Assembly: GCA_963737265.1 (NCBI GenBank)
Contig: CAVTRY010000014.1
Span: 160,001-224,000 of the forward strand
Direction of reading: 5' to 3'
Length of the DNA stretch: 64,000 bases
Origin: an uncultured delta proteobacterium
Lineage (GTDB): Bacteria > Myxococcota_A > Polyangia > Fen-1088
Translations under genes and position numbers: made by a program
Shown: one piece after another, positions 15,659 to 26,486 of the stretch
How the letters are laid out: every line of letters begins with the position of its first letter
How positions within the stretch are numbered: the stretch's first letter is position 1
The notes under the pieces: model-generated
The model's input: the letters and a program-made list of their open reading frames with translations, nothing else
Told to the model about the DNA's origin: nothing
The model's database searches: none

Positions 15659-16834
15659 ATGGCGGTCAGCTTTCCGCGCCAGTTCGGCAAGTACGTTCTC
15701 CTCAAGCCCCTGGCCAAGGGCGGAATGGGCGAGATCTACCTCGCGGCCCTGGGCCAGCTCGACGGCTTCGACAAACTCTGTGTCATCAAGAAGGTCATTC
15801 CAGAGAAAACCGACGCCGGCAAGGCCAAGCGCTTTCTCGACGAGGCCAAGGTCGTCCTGCGTCTCACCCACTCGGGCCTGGTCAACACCTTCGACGCCGG
15901 CCAAGTCGACCGCGAATTCTACATCGCCATGGAAATGGTCGAGGGCAAGGATCTGCGCGAGGTATGGAATCGCTGCGTGCGGGTTCGCCACCGCATCCCC
16001 ATCGAGGTCGCACTCCACGTGGCGCGTGAGCTGGCGCGCACCCTGGCCTACGTGCACGACTACGGCAACCTGAAGCTCGTGCACCGGGATGTGGCGCCAC
16101 CCAACATCATGCTGGCCTACAACGGCGACGTGAAGCTGACCGACTTCGGCCTGGCCCGCAGCGCGCTCAAGCAGGAGCACACCCAGCCCGGCGTGGTCTT
16201 CGGCCGCGCGGCGTACCTCGCGCCCGAGCAGGCGCGCGGCGAGGTCGCGGATCCACGCACCGACGTGTACTCGCTGGCGGTGGTGCTGTGGGAGCTGCTC
16301 ACCGGACACCAATACCTGCAGATCACCGGCCTCGATCCCGTGGCCGCGCTCGCGCTGGTTCGTCACCCCAAGCCCACGCCGCCGTCCACACGCGCGCCGT
16401 GGGTCACGCCCGCCATGGATCAGGTTCTCTTGCGCGCACTCGCCCCGGACAGAGCCCAGCGCTTCGACAACGCCGAGGAATTCCGTCTCGCGCTTTCCGA
16501 GGCCATTGCCGAAGCGGCTCCCCGCACCGACGCCGCGCGCGTGTCCGAGCTGATGCACGCCATCTACAACAAGGCCATCGGCGAGGAAAGTGCCGAGCGC
16601 GAGCGATTCGTCAAGGAAGTGCTGCCCTCGTTTCGCGCGTCGACCACGCCCCCGCCCGTGCCGGCGCGGGCACAGACGTCCTTGAGGGGCGAGCCGAATG
16701 GCGCGGGTCCGCAGGCCGCGCCCGCGGCGCAAGGTGACGACGACCGCGAAGCGCGCAAGCGGGCCAAGCGCGAGGCCGCGCTCAAGGTTCTCGCCGAACT
16801 GGCGGCCGAAGATGCGACGGCTTCACGCAAGTAG
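15659..16834 (+). CDS. Cytoplasmic Ser/Thr protein kinase
   Basis: Start ATG 15659 (MAVSFPRQFGKY); GGMG, VIKK, HRDVAPPN, DFG, YLAPE. Paralogous to kinase domain 1 of the upstream gene. Confidence 0.92.
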   Translation: MAVSFPRQFGKYVLLKPLAKGGMGEIYLAALGQLDGFDKLCVIKKVIPEKTDAGKAKRFLDEAKVVLRLTHSGLVNTFDAGQVDREFYIAMEMVEGKDLREVWNRCVRVRHRIPIEVALHVARELARTLAYVHDYGNLKLVHRDVAPPNIMLAYNGDVKLTDFGLARSALKQEHTQPGVVFGRAAYLAPEQARGEVADPRTDVYSLAVVLWELLTGHQYLQITGLDPVAALALVRHPKPTPPSTRAPWVTPAMDQVLLRALAPDRAQRFDNAEEFRLALSEAIAEAAPRTDAARVSELMHAIYNKAIGEESAERERFVKEVLPSFRASTTPPPVPARAQTSLRGEPNGAGPQAAPAAQGDDDREARKRAKREAALKVLAELAAEDATASRK

Positions 16835-16846
16835 GTTCCGCCGTTG

Positions 16847-17938
16847 ATGTCCGCCGAGGCCGAGTCGCTTCCGCGCGTGGCCGTGGTCACGGTTCTCTAT
16901 CGTTGCGAGAAATTCATTGCCGGACTTATCGCGGGCCTGGCGTCGGTCGACTATCCGCGCGCGCGTCTCGAGTTTCATCTGGTCGACAACGGCGCCGGCG
17001 ACGGAAGTCTGGCAGTCGCTCGACAAGAGATCGAACGCCAGCGCGCCAGCCTGCCCGCCATCGTGATTCACGAACCCGGCGCCAACGTGGGCTTCGCCGT
17101 CGGCAACAACATCGCCCTGCGCGCCGCCATCGCCGGCGGGGCCGACTACTGCTTTCTGCTCAATCCCGACGCCAGGTTCGAGCCCGCAGCGCTGCGCGAA
17201 GCCGTGCGCGTGGCCGAGAGTGCGCCCGATGTGGGATCGGTTCAATCGTTGCTCGTGCTGGGCGACGAGCCCGAGGTCGTCAACAGCAGCGGCAACCACA
17301 TCCACTTTCTCGGCTTCGGCTACGTCGGCGGCTACCGAACCTTGCGCGCCGACGTTCCGCCCGAAGCGCGCGACATCGCCTTTTCGTCGGGCGCCTGCGT
17401 GCTGCTGCCCGTGCGGGTCCTCAAGCAGGTCGGCCTTTTCGACGAAACCCTGTGGCTCTATCACGAAGATCTGGATCTCGGCTGGCGCATTCGCCTGGCC
17501 GGGTTTCGCAACCTCGTCGCTCCGGCCAGCGTGTGCCGGCACCACTACGAATTCGCGCGCGCTCTTTCCAAGTGGTACTGGATGGAGCGTAACCGCTCGA
17601 TCGTGGTGCTCAAAAACTACCGCCTGGCCACCATTATGTTGCTGCTGCCGGCGCTGCTTCTCGCCGACTGCGGCTTGCTGGCGATGGCGTGCAAGGGCGG
17701 CTGGCTGCGCGCCAAGCTGCGCGCGCTGCTTTGGTTCTGCCGACCCTCCGCCTGGCGCTACCTGTGGCGCGGCCGGCGCGACATCGCGCGCATTCGCCGC
17801 GTTCCCGATCGCGAGCTGCTGCGCCACTTCACCGCCGTCATCGACTATCCCGATTTCCGAAGGCCGGTCGTCACGAGGGTCGTCGAACCGGTATGGAAGG
17901 CGATGTTCGCGCTCGTGCGCGCGCTCGTGCGCTGGTAG
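16847..17938 (+). CDS. Glycosyltransferase family 2 (WbbL/RfbF-like)
   Basis: LVDNG, NVGFAVGNN, LLNPD, GAC, FDE...YHEDLDLGWR, RN motifs. Confidence 0.9.
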   Translation: MSAEAESLPRVAVVTVLYRCEKFIAGLIAGLASVDYPRARLEFHLVDNGAGDGSLAVARQEIERQRASLPAIVIHEPGANVGFAVGNNIALRAAIAGGADYCFLLNPDARFEPAALREAVRVAESAPDVGSVQSLLVLGDEPEVVNSSGNHIHFLGFGYVGGYRTLRADVPPEARDIAFSSGACVLLPVRVLKQVGLFDETLWLYHEDLDLGWRIRLAGFRNLVAPASVCRHHYEFARALSKWYWMERNRSIVVLKNYRLATIMLLLPALLLADCGLLAMACKGGWLRAKLRALLWFCRPSAWRYLWRGRRDIARIRRVPDRELLRHFTAVIDYPDFRRPVVTRVVEPVWKAMFALVRALVRW

Positions 17939-17984
17939 CTCCGGGCTTGTGCGACGAAGCCGTCACTCGTTGGGTGCGGAGCGA

Positions 17985-18839
17985 CTAGTGAGCCAAGATG
18001 GCGTCCAAGATTACGGCGCCCATCACCATCACGGCGTAATAGTTGATGGCGTGAAAGGCTTGGCGGAAGCCCTGTTTGCTGGGCGCGCGCAGGGAGCGCC
18101 AGGCGACCGCCGTCAGCCACGCGCCGGCGGCAGCAAGTCCGAGGCCAAGGAAGGGCGAGCTCGACAAGCCGAAGATGGGCAAAAGCAGCGCCGATGCCGC
18201 GGTGGCCGCCGTCCACACGAAGGTCACGCGCGATAGGGAATCCACGCCCATGCGTCGGATGAAGGTGGGGAAGTTGGCGTGCTCGTAATCTCCGCTGATC
18301 CGCAGAGCGAGCAGCCAGAAGTGCGGAACCTGCCACATGAGCAGAAAGAACGAGAGGGACAAGATGGGTCCGTTGAGGGCACCGCCAGCGCACACCCAGC
18401 CGATGGCGGGCGGAATCGCGCCGATAACGGATCCGACGACAGAGGCGAGAGAGCTGACGCGCTTGAGGTAGGTGTAAAAACCGTTGTACCAAAGCACGGC
18501 GAGAGCGCCCAGGCCCACCGCCAGCCGGCCGCCAAAGAGCCAGAGGCCCGCGAGGGCCACAGCAGCCAAAACGGCAGCCAATGCCACCGCCGCCGTGGGC
18601 GAGATTTTTCCCGCGGGGATGGGCCGGCGGCGCGTTCGCTCCATCAGCGCATCCAGTTTGTGTTCCTGTGCCTCGTTGAGCGCGCAGGCGGCGAAGGCCA
18701 GCAGCAGGACCACGCCTGAAACCGGCAGCAAGCGCCAGGTCAGCGCGTGGGTGAAGGCCAGGTATCCGGTCGCGGCGGATACCGTCGACATGATCGAAAT
18801 CGGGAACTTGAAGAGCTCAACGAGGTCGTGGCGGTTCAC
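17985..18839 (-). CDS. ctaB: Protoheme IX farnesyltransferase (heme O synthase)
   Basis: Likely GTG 18839; ALNE..E..LDALMERTRRRPIPAG, YT.LKR, GAIPP.IGW, WQVPHF; multiple TM helices. Confidence 0.93.
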   Translation of the reverse strand: MNRHDLVELFKFPISIMSTVSAATGYLAFTHALTWRLLPVSGVVLLLAFAACALNEAQEHKLDALMERTRRRPIPAGKISPTAAVALAAVLAAVALAGLWLFGGRLAVGLGALAVLWYNGFYTYLKRVSSLASVVGSVIGAIPPAIGWVCAGGALNGPILSLSFFLLMWQVPHFWLLALRISGDYEHANFPTFIRRMGVDSLSRVTFVWTAATAASALLLPIFGLSSSPFLGLGLAAAGAWLTAVAWRSLRAPSKQGFRQAFHAINYYAVMVMGAVILDAILAH

Positions 18840-18853
18840 GGCGTTCTCTTTCG

Positions 18854-19789
18854 TCACTGCAATGATTTGATGTACGCGGCCAGGTCGGCGACATCGCCTT
18901 CGCTGAGGTCGGCTTTGGGCATCTGCGGCGCGAATCCCTTCACCACCTCCTTGGGCGGGTGGCTGATGGATCGTTTGATGTAGTCGTCGTCGGCGGTCAG
19001 GGTGATTTCCTTGCCTTCGGTCAGCACGGTGACTTGGCTGCCGAACAATCCTTTCCAGGTTGGGCCTACCAGCTTGGACCCGTCGGTGGTGTGGCACGCC
19101 ACGCAGCCTTTGAGCTTGAAGTCGCGTTCACCCTTGGCCGGATCTGGCGGGCCCGATGCGGCTGCTGCCAGAGTGGGCGGATCGGATGAGTCGCCGAAAT
19201 ACCAGGCGGAAAAATCTGATTCCGGCATCACGCGGACCTTGGACAGCATGTACGAGTGGTTCACGCCGCACATGACCGTGCACTCGATGTCGAAATCGCC
19301 CAATTGGGTGGCCTGAAACCAGGTGTAATTGTCCTTGCCGGGAACCACGTCGGCCTTAATCCGGAACGCCGGCACGTAGAACCCGTGCAGAACGTCCAAC
19401 GACTTGAGGTCGAGGCGCACCGGCCGGCCAATTGCGGCGTAAAGCTCGGTGCTTTGCTTGCCATTGGGATAGGTAAACGACCACGCCCATTGCCGGGCGG
19501 TCACCTTGACGACCATGGCGTCGCGCGGGACCTCGCGCAGGTAGCGATAATTGGTCCAGCCGTAATAGAACATGCTGAGGAACAGCACCAGCGGGATCCC
19601 CGTCCAGGCCAGCTCCAGGGCTCTGTGGCCGTGGATGTCCTGGCCTTGCGCGCCGGACGATCGCCGGTAGCGCACGACGAAGTAGATCATCACGAAGGTG
19701 ATGAAGACGAGGAAGGCGATGGTGAGCGCGGAAATGTAGAGAAAGACCGCATCCACCTTGTCTGAAACGCTGGAAGCACCGCCAAACAT
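18854..19789 (-). CDS. coxB: Cytochrome c oxidase subunit II with fused cytochrome c domain
   Basis: Two TM helices, QWAWSF, DVLHGF, CuA motif CTVMCGVNHSYM, C-terminal CVACH heme site. Confidence 0.95.
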   Translation of the reverse strand: MFGGASSVSDKVDAVFLYISALTIAFLVFITFVMIYFVVRYRRSSGAQGQDIHGHRALELAWTGIPLVLFLSMFYYGWTNYRYLREVPRDAMVVKVTARQWAWSFTYPNGKQSTELYAAIGRPVRLDLKSLDVLHGFYVPAFRIKADVVPGKDNYTWFQATQLGDFDIECTVMCGVNHSYMLSKVRVMPESDFSAWYFGDSSDPPTLAAAASGPPDPAKGERDFKLKGCVACHTTDGSKLVGPTWKGLFGSQVTVLTEGKEITLTADDDYIKRSISHPPKEVVKGFAPQMPKADLSEGDVADLAAYIKSLQ

Positions 19790-19795
19790 CGTTAT

Positions 19796-20098
19796 CTACC
19801 TGTAGAGGTAATCCGAAAAGGTGAGGAAGACAAAGATCACCAGGACCGAAAGCGCGGCGGCAACCATGTACTTGAGGGCCGCGCTCTCGTACTTGAGGTG
19901 CATGAAGTAGAAGAATACCAGGCTTGCCTTGGTCGGCGTGATAACGAGCAGCCCCAGGAGAGCGAGGTTGGGTTTGTGGGTAAGGCTTAGCGCTACCAGA
20001 GCAGCGGTCAGGGCCACAAGTGCGATCCAAACCTTGATGAAGGTGCCATAGCCGACGATGTGCATGGGCTCGGCTTCGTGTGGCATGTTGTTGCTCAT
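19796..20098 (-). CDS. Cytochrome c oxidase subunit IV family protein
   Basis: Three hydrophobic helices, KASLVFFYFMHLKYE motif, operon position. Confidence 0.9.
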   Translation of the reverse strand: MSNNMPHEAEPMHIVGYGTFIKVWIALVALTAALVALSLTHKPNLALLGLLVITPTKASLVFFYFMHLKYESAALKYMVAAALSVLVIFVFLTFSDYLYR

Positions 20099-20119
20099 GT
20101 TCGATTGCTCATAGGATCG

Positions 20120-20755
20120 CTAGGCCGCCAAATAGAATAGGGGAAGCAGAAAGATCCAGATCACGTCGACGAGGTGCCAGTAAAGACCGGTGTTTTCCAG
20201 CTTGATGAAGTCGTCATGGCGAATCTTGTCGCGCGCCAGGAGCGTCAGCATCACGGACATCACCACGATTCCGACGGTGACGTGCAGCCCGTGGAGTCCA
20301 GTCATGCCGTAATACAGGCTAAAGAATAGCGGCTCGCCCAGCGGGCGCTGAAGAAGGGTGGCCGAGCCGGGATAGAAGCCATGATGAATCTCGGCCTTCC
20401 ATTCGAAGAATTTGTTCACCAGGAAGACGCAGCCAAGCAGCATCGTGGACGCGAGGAACAACATCGACTGAGTTTTGCGCTTGAGCTGGATGGCAATGAT
20501 GGAGAGCGCCATGGTCAAGCTGCTGGTCAGCAGAACCACGGTGTTGGTGACGCCCAAGGTGACGTTGAGATGACCGGCAGCCTCATGAAATTCGTGGGGA
20601 TGCATCGAACGATACATGCCGTAGGCAATGAATAGGCCGCCGAATAGAATGAGCTCGGTAAAAACGAAAATCCACATCCCCAGCTTCGCGCCGGTGTAGT
20701 CGCGGTGCTCGGTTGCGTGGTGTTCCGCGGCGCGGGGTTCGGCCGGCGCGCTCAT
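20120..20755 (-). CDS. coxC: Cytochrome c oxidase subunit III
   Basis: ATG 20755 overlaps the subunit I stop; KLGMWIF..TE..LFGGLF, NTVVLLTSS, TGLHGLHV, GLYWHLVDVIWIFL. Confidence 0.94.
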   Translation of the reverse strand: MSAPAEPRAAEHHATEHRDYTGAKLGMWIFVFTELILFGGLFIAYGMYRSMHPHEFHEAAGHLNVTLGVTNTVVLLTSSLTMALSIIAIQLKRKTQSMLFLASTMLLGCVFLVNKFFEWKAEIHHGFYPGSATLLQRPLGEPLFFSLYYGMTGLHGLHVTVGIVVMSVMLTLLARDKIRHDDFIKLENTGLYWHLVDVIWIFLLPLFYLAA

Positions 20756-22407
20756 CGCGAGGGCTCCTTGGCGACAGGATTGAACTGGTAGGGATCCTCG
20801 GTGATGACCGGCAGCACGTCGAAGTTTTCCACCGGGGGCGGCGACGAAACGGTCCATTCCAGCGTGACGCCGCCCCAGGGATTGGCGGGAACGTCGACTT
20901 TGCGAAACAGGCCGCGGATGAGATTGGCGACCATCATGAGAAGGCCGGCAACCATGATCCAGGAACCGACGGTGGCGTGAATATGGCCGCCGTTGAATTT
21001 GGGCAGGTGGTCGTAGTAACGCCGGGGCATGCCTTGCAAGCCGAGAATCAGGAAGGTGAAATAAAGCATATTGAAGCCAACGAAGATGTGGATAAAGGCC
21101 ACAATGGCGGTGCGCTCGTTGTACATGCGGCCGAACATCTTGGGATACCAGTAGTGCAGTGCCGCGAAGAAGGCGAATCCTGTTCCGCCGAACATCACAT
21201 AGTGGAAGTGCCCCACGATGAAATAGGTGTCGTGAATGTGCACGTTGATGGCAAGGGCACCTTGGAACAGTCCGGTGAGGCCGCCAATGCTGAAGAGGAA
21301 AATGAAACCCAGGGCGTAGAGCATGGGGGAGCGCAGCTCGACCGACCCCTTGTAGAGTGTGGCGACCCAGTTGAAGACTTTGATGGCGCTGGGGATGGCC
21401 ACCAGGAAGGTGAGCAGAGAGAATGTGACGATGGCGGTTTCGCTCATGCCGCTGGTGAACATGTGGTGTGCCCATACAAGAGAGCCAACGGCGGCGATCG
21501 CCATGCTCGACATGACGATGGCCTTGTAGCCGAAGATGGTTCGATGGGCGAAGGTCGGGATGATCTCGGAGACTGCGCCCATGGCCGGGATAATCATGAT
21601 GTAGACGGCGGGATGCGAGTAGGTCCAGAAGAGATGCTGGTAGAGGATGGGATCGCCGCCGATGCGGGGATCGAAGATGCCGAGGTGAAACACGCGCTCC
21701 AGGATGACGAGCAAGAGCGTGATTCCCAGAATCGGCGTCGCGAGCACCTGCACCCACGCGGTGGCGTAGAGCGCCCACGGGAAGAGAGGCATGCGCATCC
21801 AATTCATGCCCTTGGTGCGCAGGCGGTGAATGGTGGTGATGAAGTTGAGCCCGGTGAGGATGGAGGAAAAACCGATGACGAAGGCGCCGAGCACGGCCAT
21901 GGTGACGTTGGTTCCGGTCGTCACGCTGTAAGGAACGTAGAACGACCAGCCCGTGTCGGGCGGCCCGCCGCCGGTGAACAACGACGTGATGGCTATGGTG
22001 GCGCCGGCCATGAACAGGTACCACGATAGTAGATTGAGGCGCGGAAAGGCCACATCCTTGGCGCCGATCATAATGGGCAACATGAAATTCCCGAACACCG
22101 CCGGCAGGCCAGGGATGACGAAGAGGAAGATCATGATCACCCCGTGCAACGTGAACAGGGCGTTGTAGGTGGTGGGCTTCATGATGGTCGGGCCCACGGT
22201 CAGGTGCTCTAGGCGCATGAACACCCCGAGCGTCATGCCGACCAGGAAGAACGTGATCATGGCGCCGAGATAAAGAAGCGCGATGCGCTTGTGATCCGTG
22301 GTGAGTAGCCAGGACGCGATTCCCTTGCGCGACGACTGGTTATAGAAATTCTCCTCGTGCGCGGCGACCGCGGAAGGGGCGGTGATCGATGCGGCGGCGG
22401 TACTCAC
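20752..22407 (-). CDS. coxA: Heme-copper oxidase subunit I, A2 type
   Basis: Likely GTG 22407; TDHKRI, HGVIMIF, GAKDVAFPRLN, YSHPAVY (A2 signature), WAHHMF, HDTYFIVGHFHYV, GMPRR. Confidence 0.96.
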   Translation of the reverse strand: MSTAAASITAPSAVAAHEENFYNQSSRKGIASWLLTTDHKRIALLYLGAMITFFLVGMTLGVFMRLEHLTVGPTIMKPTTYNALFTLHGVIMIFLFVIPGLPAVFGNFMLPIMIGAKDVAFPRLNLLSWYLFMAGATIAITSLFTGGGPPDTGWSFYVPYSVTTGTNVTMAVLGAFVIGFSSILTGLNFITTIHRLRTKGMNWMRMPLFPWALYATAWVQVLATPILGITLLLVILERVFHLGIFDPRIGGDPILYQHLFWTYSHPAVYIMIIPAMGAVSEIIPTFAHRTIFGYKAIVMSSMAIAAVGSLVWAHHMFTSGMSETAIVTFSLLTFLVAIPSAIKVFNWVATLYKGSVELRSPMLYALGFIFLFSIGGLTGLFQGALAINVHIHDTYFIVGHFHYVMFGGTGFAFFAALHYWYPKMFGRMYNERTAIVAFIHIFVGFNMLYFTFLILGLQGMPRRYYDHLPKFNGGHIHATVGSWIMVAGLLMMVANLIRGLFRKVDVPANPWGGVTLEWTVSSPPPVENFDVLPVITEDPYQFNPVAKEPSR

Positions 22408-23204
22408 GGCGACTCCTTGGCGTCGGACTTGGGGCGCTTCTTTCGGTTTGCGGCGATGCCGATACCAAAGCCCAACGCGAGCACGATGGTGAAGGCCGCG
22501 GCGACGCGCGTGATGTCGAGGAAATACCTGCGACCAGCGGGATCGTAGCTGTAACAGAAGCGCAGAAAGCGGGCGATGGTGGGACCGGTGCGGCCTTGCG
22601 CGGCCTCGGCGACGGCCATTTTCACATCGAAGGGCAGGAAGGTGACGCCGTAAAGGTAGCGAGTCACCTTGCCCGTGGGCGAGAGCACCATGACGGCCCC
22701 GGCGTGAACGTAGTCGTCGCCGCGCTTGGCGAATCTGAAGCCGACGGCGTCGGCCAATCTTTTCGTGGAAACCGGATCGCCGGTCAGGAAACGCCACGCT
22801 GTGGGCGGGAAAGCGGGGCCGAGCTGCTTGACGTAGTTTTCCTTTTTCAGCCCGGCCAGCTCGGCGTTGTCGCGCGGATCGAAGCTGACCGAAATGACCT
22901 GGAAATCCTTGCCTGGGATCTGGTCCGTGCGTCCCAGCATCTCGGCCACGCCGTTGAGGAGCGGCGTGCACAGGCCGGTGCAACGGAAGTAGTTGAGCGT
23001 GAGCAGGGTCGGCTTGTCGAGGATGTCTCGCAGCGAGACGCGGTCGCCTTGCTCGTTGACCAACATGAGATCGAGGGGAACGGTTTGGCCCAGTTTCTCG
23101 TCGATGCCCACATCGAGTGGCGCTTCGGCAGGGGCCGCCGCCCGGGCAAGGCGTGTCGGCGCCAAGGTGCAAAGACATACCAGAATTGCGAGGTAGCTCT
23201 TCAT
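22404..23204 (-). CDS. SCO-family copper chaperone
   Basis: ATG 23204, signal peptide, YFRCTGLC (CxxxC), SVSFDP, WRFLTG, conserved His, C-terminal TM helix. Confidence 0.9.
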   Translation of the reverse strand: MKSYLAILVCLCTLAPTRLARAAAPAEAPLDVGIDEKLGQTVPLDLMLVNEQGDRVSLRDILDKPTLLTLNYFRCTGLCTPLLNGVAEMLGRTDQIPGKDFQVISVSFDPRDNAELAGLKKENYVKQLGPAFPPTAWRFLTGDPVSTKRLADAVGFRFAKRGDDYVHAGAVMVLSPTGKVTRYLYGVTFLPFDVKMAVAEAAQGRTGPTIARFLRFCYSYDPAGRRYFLDITRVAAAFTIVLALGFGIGIAANRKKRPKSDAKESP

Positions 23205-24193
23205 GGCTGTGTAGCCTGCCCCTGTGGCGGTGCCGGTGCCATCAGATCGATGCCGAGCAGTGCGCGCATGATTTCCTGCCATTCATCCTTGCTCATGGTT
23301 GCCACCCTTGGAGAAAAGCCATTGCCTGGCGCGCCCGCTGTCCACGCGCGCGCCAGCGCAAGCGAATCGCCGCGATTCGTCCTTGCAGCCACCGTGCGCG
23401 ACGCGCGCGCTGGATCCGCGATTGCGGCGCGTAGCAATTCCGCCGAGGCGGATGTGTCGTCAGGAGGCGGCAGCTTCAGCGCCGGCACCGCAACCTGCTC
23501 GCGCACCATCTTGCTGATGGCCGAGCTCACCGGGATGCGATTGGGAATGTGGAACGCCTTGGAACGGAATTGATCGGACAGGGCCTCGAGCGCCTTGGGA
23601 TCTTCCGGCCCGTGGTCGAACGCGCCGAGGGAGCGCACGTAGTGCACGAGCGCCATGCGATCGGCGGGGACGATAAAATCGAAGGCGGCCATGCCGGTAC
23701 TCTTCACGCCGGTCGATACCGTCGTATATATGTCGGTCACGCGATAGCCGTGCGTCCATTTTTCGGGCTGGGAGAAGTTGCGCGGCTTGGGATTCAGCGC
23801 CGCCGCCGCGGGGCCGTCGCCGTGTCCCGTATCTCCGTGGCAGGATGAACAGTTCTGCTTGAAGAGGGATTTGCCGCGGGTCAGCAGTTTTGGGTTCGGG
23901 GTTAGCACCGTCGCCGGATCCACGGGCGGAAGATCCCGACCCTTGCTTGCCGGGGCTTCAGCCTGGTCGAGCCAACCCACGCTGGCGGCGGCCGGCTGAT
24001 CCGATGGCGTGCGACCGGGCGGGCGCCGCTCGCGCAGCAGCGACGGGACGACAATCAAGCCGAACAGGATGAAGGTGATGGCGACGCCCGCGCCGAGCGC
24101 GAAACGTGTTGCCAGTCCCTGGGCCTCCGCTCCCCACGGCGATGACGGCGGCGATGAAGACGACGGCGGCATCGGCTTTCGTTCGTCGCTCAT
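23201..24193 (-). CDS. Membrane-anchored monoheme cytochrome c
   Basis: ATG 24193 overlaps the actF stop; one TM helix; CSSCHG..GHGDGP....LNPKPRNF, distal Met in TGMAAF. Confidence 0.88.
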   Translation of the reverse strand: MSDERKPMPPSSSSPPSSPWGAEAQGLATRFALGAGVAITFILFGLIVVPSLLRERRPPGRTPSDQPAAASVGWLDQAEAPASKGRDLPPVDPATVLTPNPKLLTRGKSLFKQNCSSCHGDTGHGDGPAAAALNPKPRNFSQPEKWTHGYRVTDIYTTVSTGVKSTGMAAFDFIVPADRMALVHYVRSLGAFDHGPEDPKALEALSDQFRSKAFHIPNRIPVSSAISKMVREQVAVPALKLPPPDDTSASAELLRAAIADPARASRTVAARTNRGDSLALARAWTAGAPGNGFSPRVATMSKDEWQEIMRALLGIDLMAPAPPQGQATQP

Positions 24194-25350
24194 AGTTGCC
24201 ACTCCAGTCCCTTGCTCAGCAGGGGATCGCCCACCGGCATGTCGGCGCCTCGACCCATGGCGCGGCGAATTTGCAAGAGGCCGAGACCGGTAAAGAAACA
24301 CGCCATGGCGAGCTCGGGCCAGCCGAAGAGCGGCTTGCTGCCGAGCACGGGGAAGATGAGCCAGTACAAATCGACAAAGTGCCCGAGTAGCAGCGACAGC
24401 GCCGCGAGGCGCAGAATCCTCGACGATTTCTTCGCCTGGCCGCCGATGAGCAGGAAAAACGGAAGCAGAAAATTCAGCAGGGGAAGAAGCAAGGCGACGG
24501 GCTGCCAAGCGCCTTCGATGCGATGCTTGAACCAGACGACTTCCTCGGGAAGGTTGGCGTACCAGATCAACATGTATTGGGCGAAGCCGATGTATGCGTA
24601 GAAGACCGTGAAGGCTAACCCCAGGGTGCCTAGGTTGTAGTAGTGCTTGCTTTGGACTTCAGTCAAGCGCCCGCGGCGTTTGAGGACGAGCACACCGAGC
24701 AACATGGCGGCGATGCCCGAGAGAAAGGTACCGGCAAACAGGTACACGCCGAACATGTCGCTGTACCATTCGGGTTCGAGGCCAGAAATCCAGTCGAACG
24801 CCACGATGGTCACGGTGAAGAAGAAGACCACCATGAAGGGCGGCGCCAGCCGGCGCGCGCGCACGGTGAAATTGGGATCCTTGCTTTCATCCTGGCGCAA
24901 TGAACCGCGCACGTAGAAGGAATAGAACAGCAGCCAAACTACTGCGCACGCCACCAGGCGGATAGCGAAGAAGGGCAGGTTCAGCCAGGGCGCCTTGGCG
25001 ACCAGGATCGGATTGTGGGCGGCTTCGGGGCGCGTCCAGGGAAACAGCACCGGCAGCGCGAGAAAGGCGACCAGCAGCAAGGGAATGGCCAAGAGCAGCA
25101 GCGAGGCAAGTCGCTCGGGCACGCGGCGCATGGGCACGCTCCAGTGGGCACCGACGAGGCGTTCGAGCGCGACGAGAAAAAGATTTCCAAGGCCGAGGGT
25201 CAGCAAGAACAACGTCCACACCAGCCAGTTGGCCCAGAAACGCTCCGGTCCGGCGCTGACGTAAACGCCAGCGGTACCCGCCGCGCCCACCAGGGTCAGC
25301 ACCACGAGAAGATTGCGGGTCAGCGGGGATCGAGGGTTTTCGGCACTCAT
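24190..25350 (-). CDS. actF: Alternative complex III membrane subunit ActF
   Basis: About 10 TM helices; W...RRVPE, FDWISGLEPEWYS, FAQYMLIWYANLPEE motifs. Confidence 0.88.
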   Translation of the reverse strand: MSAENPRSPLTRNLLVVLTLVGAAGTAGVYVSAGPERFWANWLVWTLFLLTLGLGNLFLVALERLVGAHWSVPMRRVPERLASLLLLAIPLLLVAFLALPVLFPWTRPEAAHNPILVAKAPWLNLPFFAIRLVACAVVWLLFYSFYVRGSLRQDESKDPNFTVRARRLAPPFMVVFFFTVTIVAFDWISGLEPEWYSDMFGVYLFAGTFLSGIAAMLLGVLVLKRRGRLTEVQSKHYYNLGTLGLAFTVFYAYIGFAQYMLIWYANLPEEVVWFKHRIEGAWQPVALLLPLLNFLLPFFLLIGGQAKKSSRILRLAALSLLLGHFVDLYWLIFPVLGSKPLFGWPELAMACFFTGLGLLQIRRAMGRGADMPVGDPLLSKGLEWQL

Positions 25351-26486
25351 CGCAGATCCTCGTCCTTGGCATTCTGGGCCCGTTGCAGAACGCGAACGTA
25401 GTGCACGGCGGCCCAGCGATCGGAATCATCCAGATCCGGCGCGTAGCTCGGCATGGCGTTCTTGCCCAGCATGATCACGCCGTAGAAATATCCGTCGGGG
25501 CGGGCGCGTACCTCGTTGGACAGCAAGTTGCCGGGCTTGGCGCCGTAGGCGCGCGAGAGCAAGGCCACGCCATCGCCCACGGCGCCGTGGCAAACCGCGC
25601 AGTGGTCATTGAAAACCTTGCGCCCGCGCTCGGCGGTCTCTTGCGTGAGCGGCAGCGGATTCGTGAGCATGTCGCCGGCCTCTTCTGGCGTGGCAAACGC
25701 GGGCGGAAGGTGTCCACGCGCGACCGTGCCGGCCACGGCGGGGCGCATGCCGCGTCCGTCGGCGAAGAACGAGCTCGATCGAAATGCGTTCAACTTGGGT
25801 TGGTTGTGCATGTGGACCATGGGCGGCACGATGGGCAGCACTTTCTGAACGGCGTAGATACCCACACCTGCCACCACGCAGGCCGCGACGATGGCGCCGA
25901 TGGCTTGCAGCAGACCCACCAGCGTGAGCGGAGTCCACACAGGAATGGGAACCATCTCGACGGACTCGGCGCCGTTGTCGATGAGCGCCTGGCGGGCGGT
26001 TTCGGTGTCGAAGGTCGGCCCGACGTTTTCGATGCTGAGGGCGAGCTTGTCGCGCGTGATGTCCTTGATGGCCTTGGCATGGAGCACAGGGTGGCCGAAG
26101 AACGGCAGCTTGTTGAACACGAACAACATGGCCAGGCCGGCGGTGAAGGTGGCGAAGAGCACCGTCACTTCGAACATCACCGGCACGAAGGCCTGCCAGG
26201 AAAAGAGCGGCTTGCCGCCCGTCACCAAGGGATAGTCCACCGCGCTCGTCCACCACTCGAAGAGCAGCGCCAAGAACGCGCCGAGGATGCCCATGCCCAA
26301 GACCAAGGCGCCGAGGCGCGACGGCGCAAGTCCAATCGCGCGGTCGAGTCCGTGCACCGGGTAGGGCGTGTAGGCCTCCAGCCGTCCCAGCTTGCGCGGA
26401 CGAATGTTGTTGGCGGCGTCGACGATCTTCTGCGCGTCGGAGTAGAGGCCGAGCACGGCGAACGTCGAACCCGTCGCGCTAGTCAT
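25347..26486 (-). CDS. Fused ACIII subunits ActD (DUF3341) and ActE (monoheme cytochrome c)
   Basis: Likely ATG 26486; [32 protein letters not shown] (ActD), then [40 protein letters not shown] (ActE). Confidence 0.88.
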   Translation of the reverse strand: MTSATGSTFAVLGLYSDAQKIVDAANNIRPRKLGRLEAYTPYPVHGLDRAIGLAPSRLGALVLGMGILGAFLALLFEWWTSAVDYPLVTGGKPLFSWQAFVPVMFEVTVLFATFTAGLAMLFVFNKLPFFGHPVLHAKAIKDITRDKLALSIENVGPTFDTETARQALIDNGAESVEMVPIPVWTPLTLVGLLQAIGAIVAACVVAGVGIYAVQKVLPIVPPMVHMHNQPKLNAFRSSSFFADGRGMRPAVAGTVARGHLPPAFATPEEAGDMLTNPLPLTQETAERGRKVFNDHCAVCHGAVGDGVALLSRAYGAKPGNLLSNEVRARPDGYFYGVIMLGKNAMPSYAPDLDDSDRWAAVHYVRVLQRAQNAKDEDLR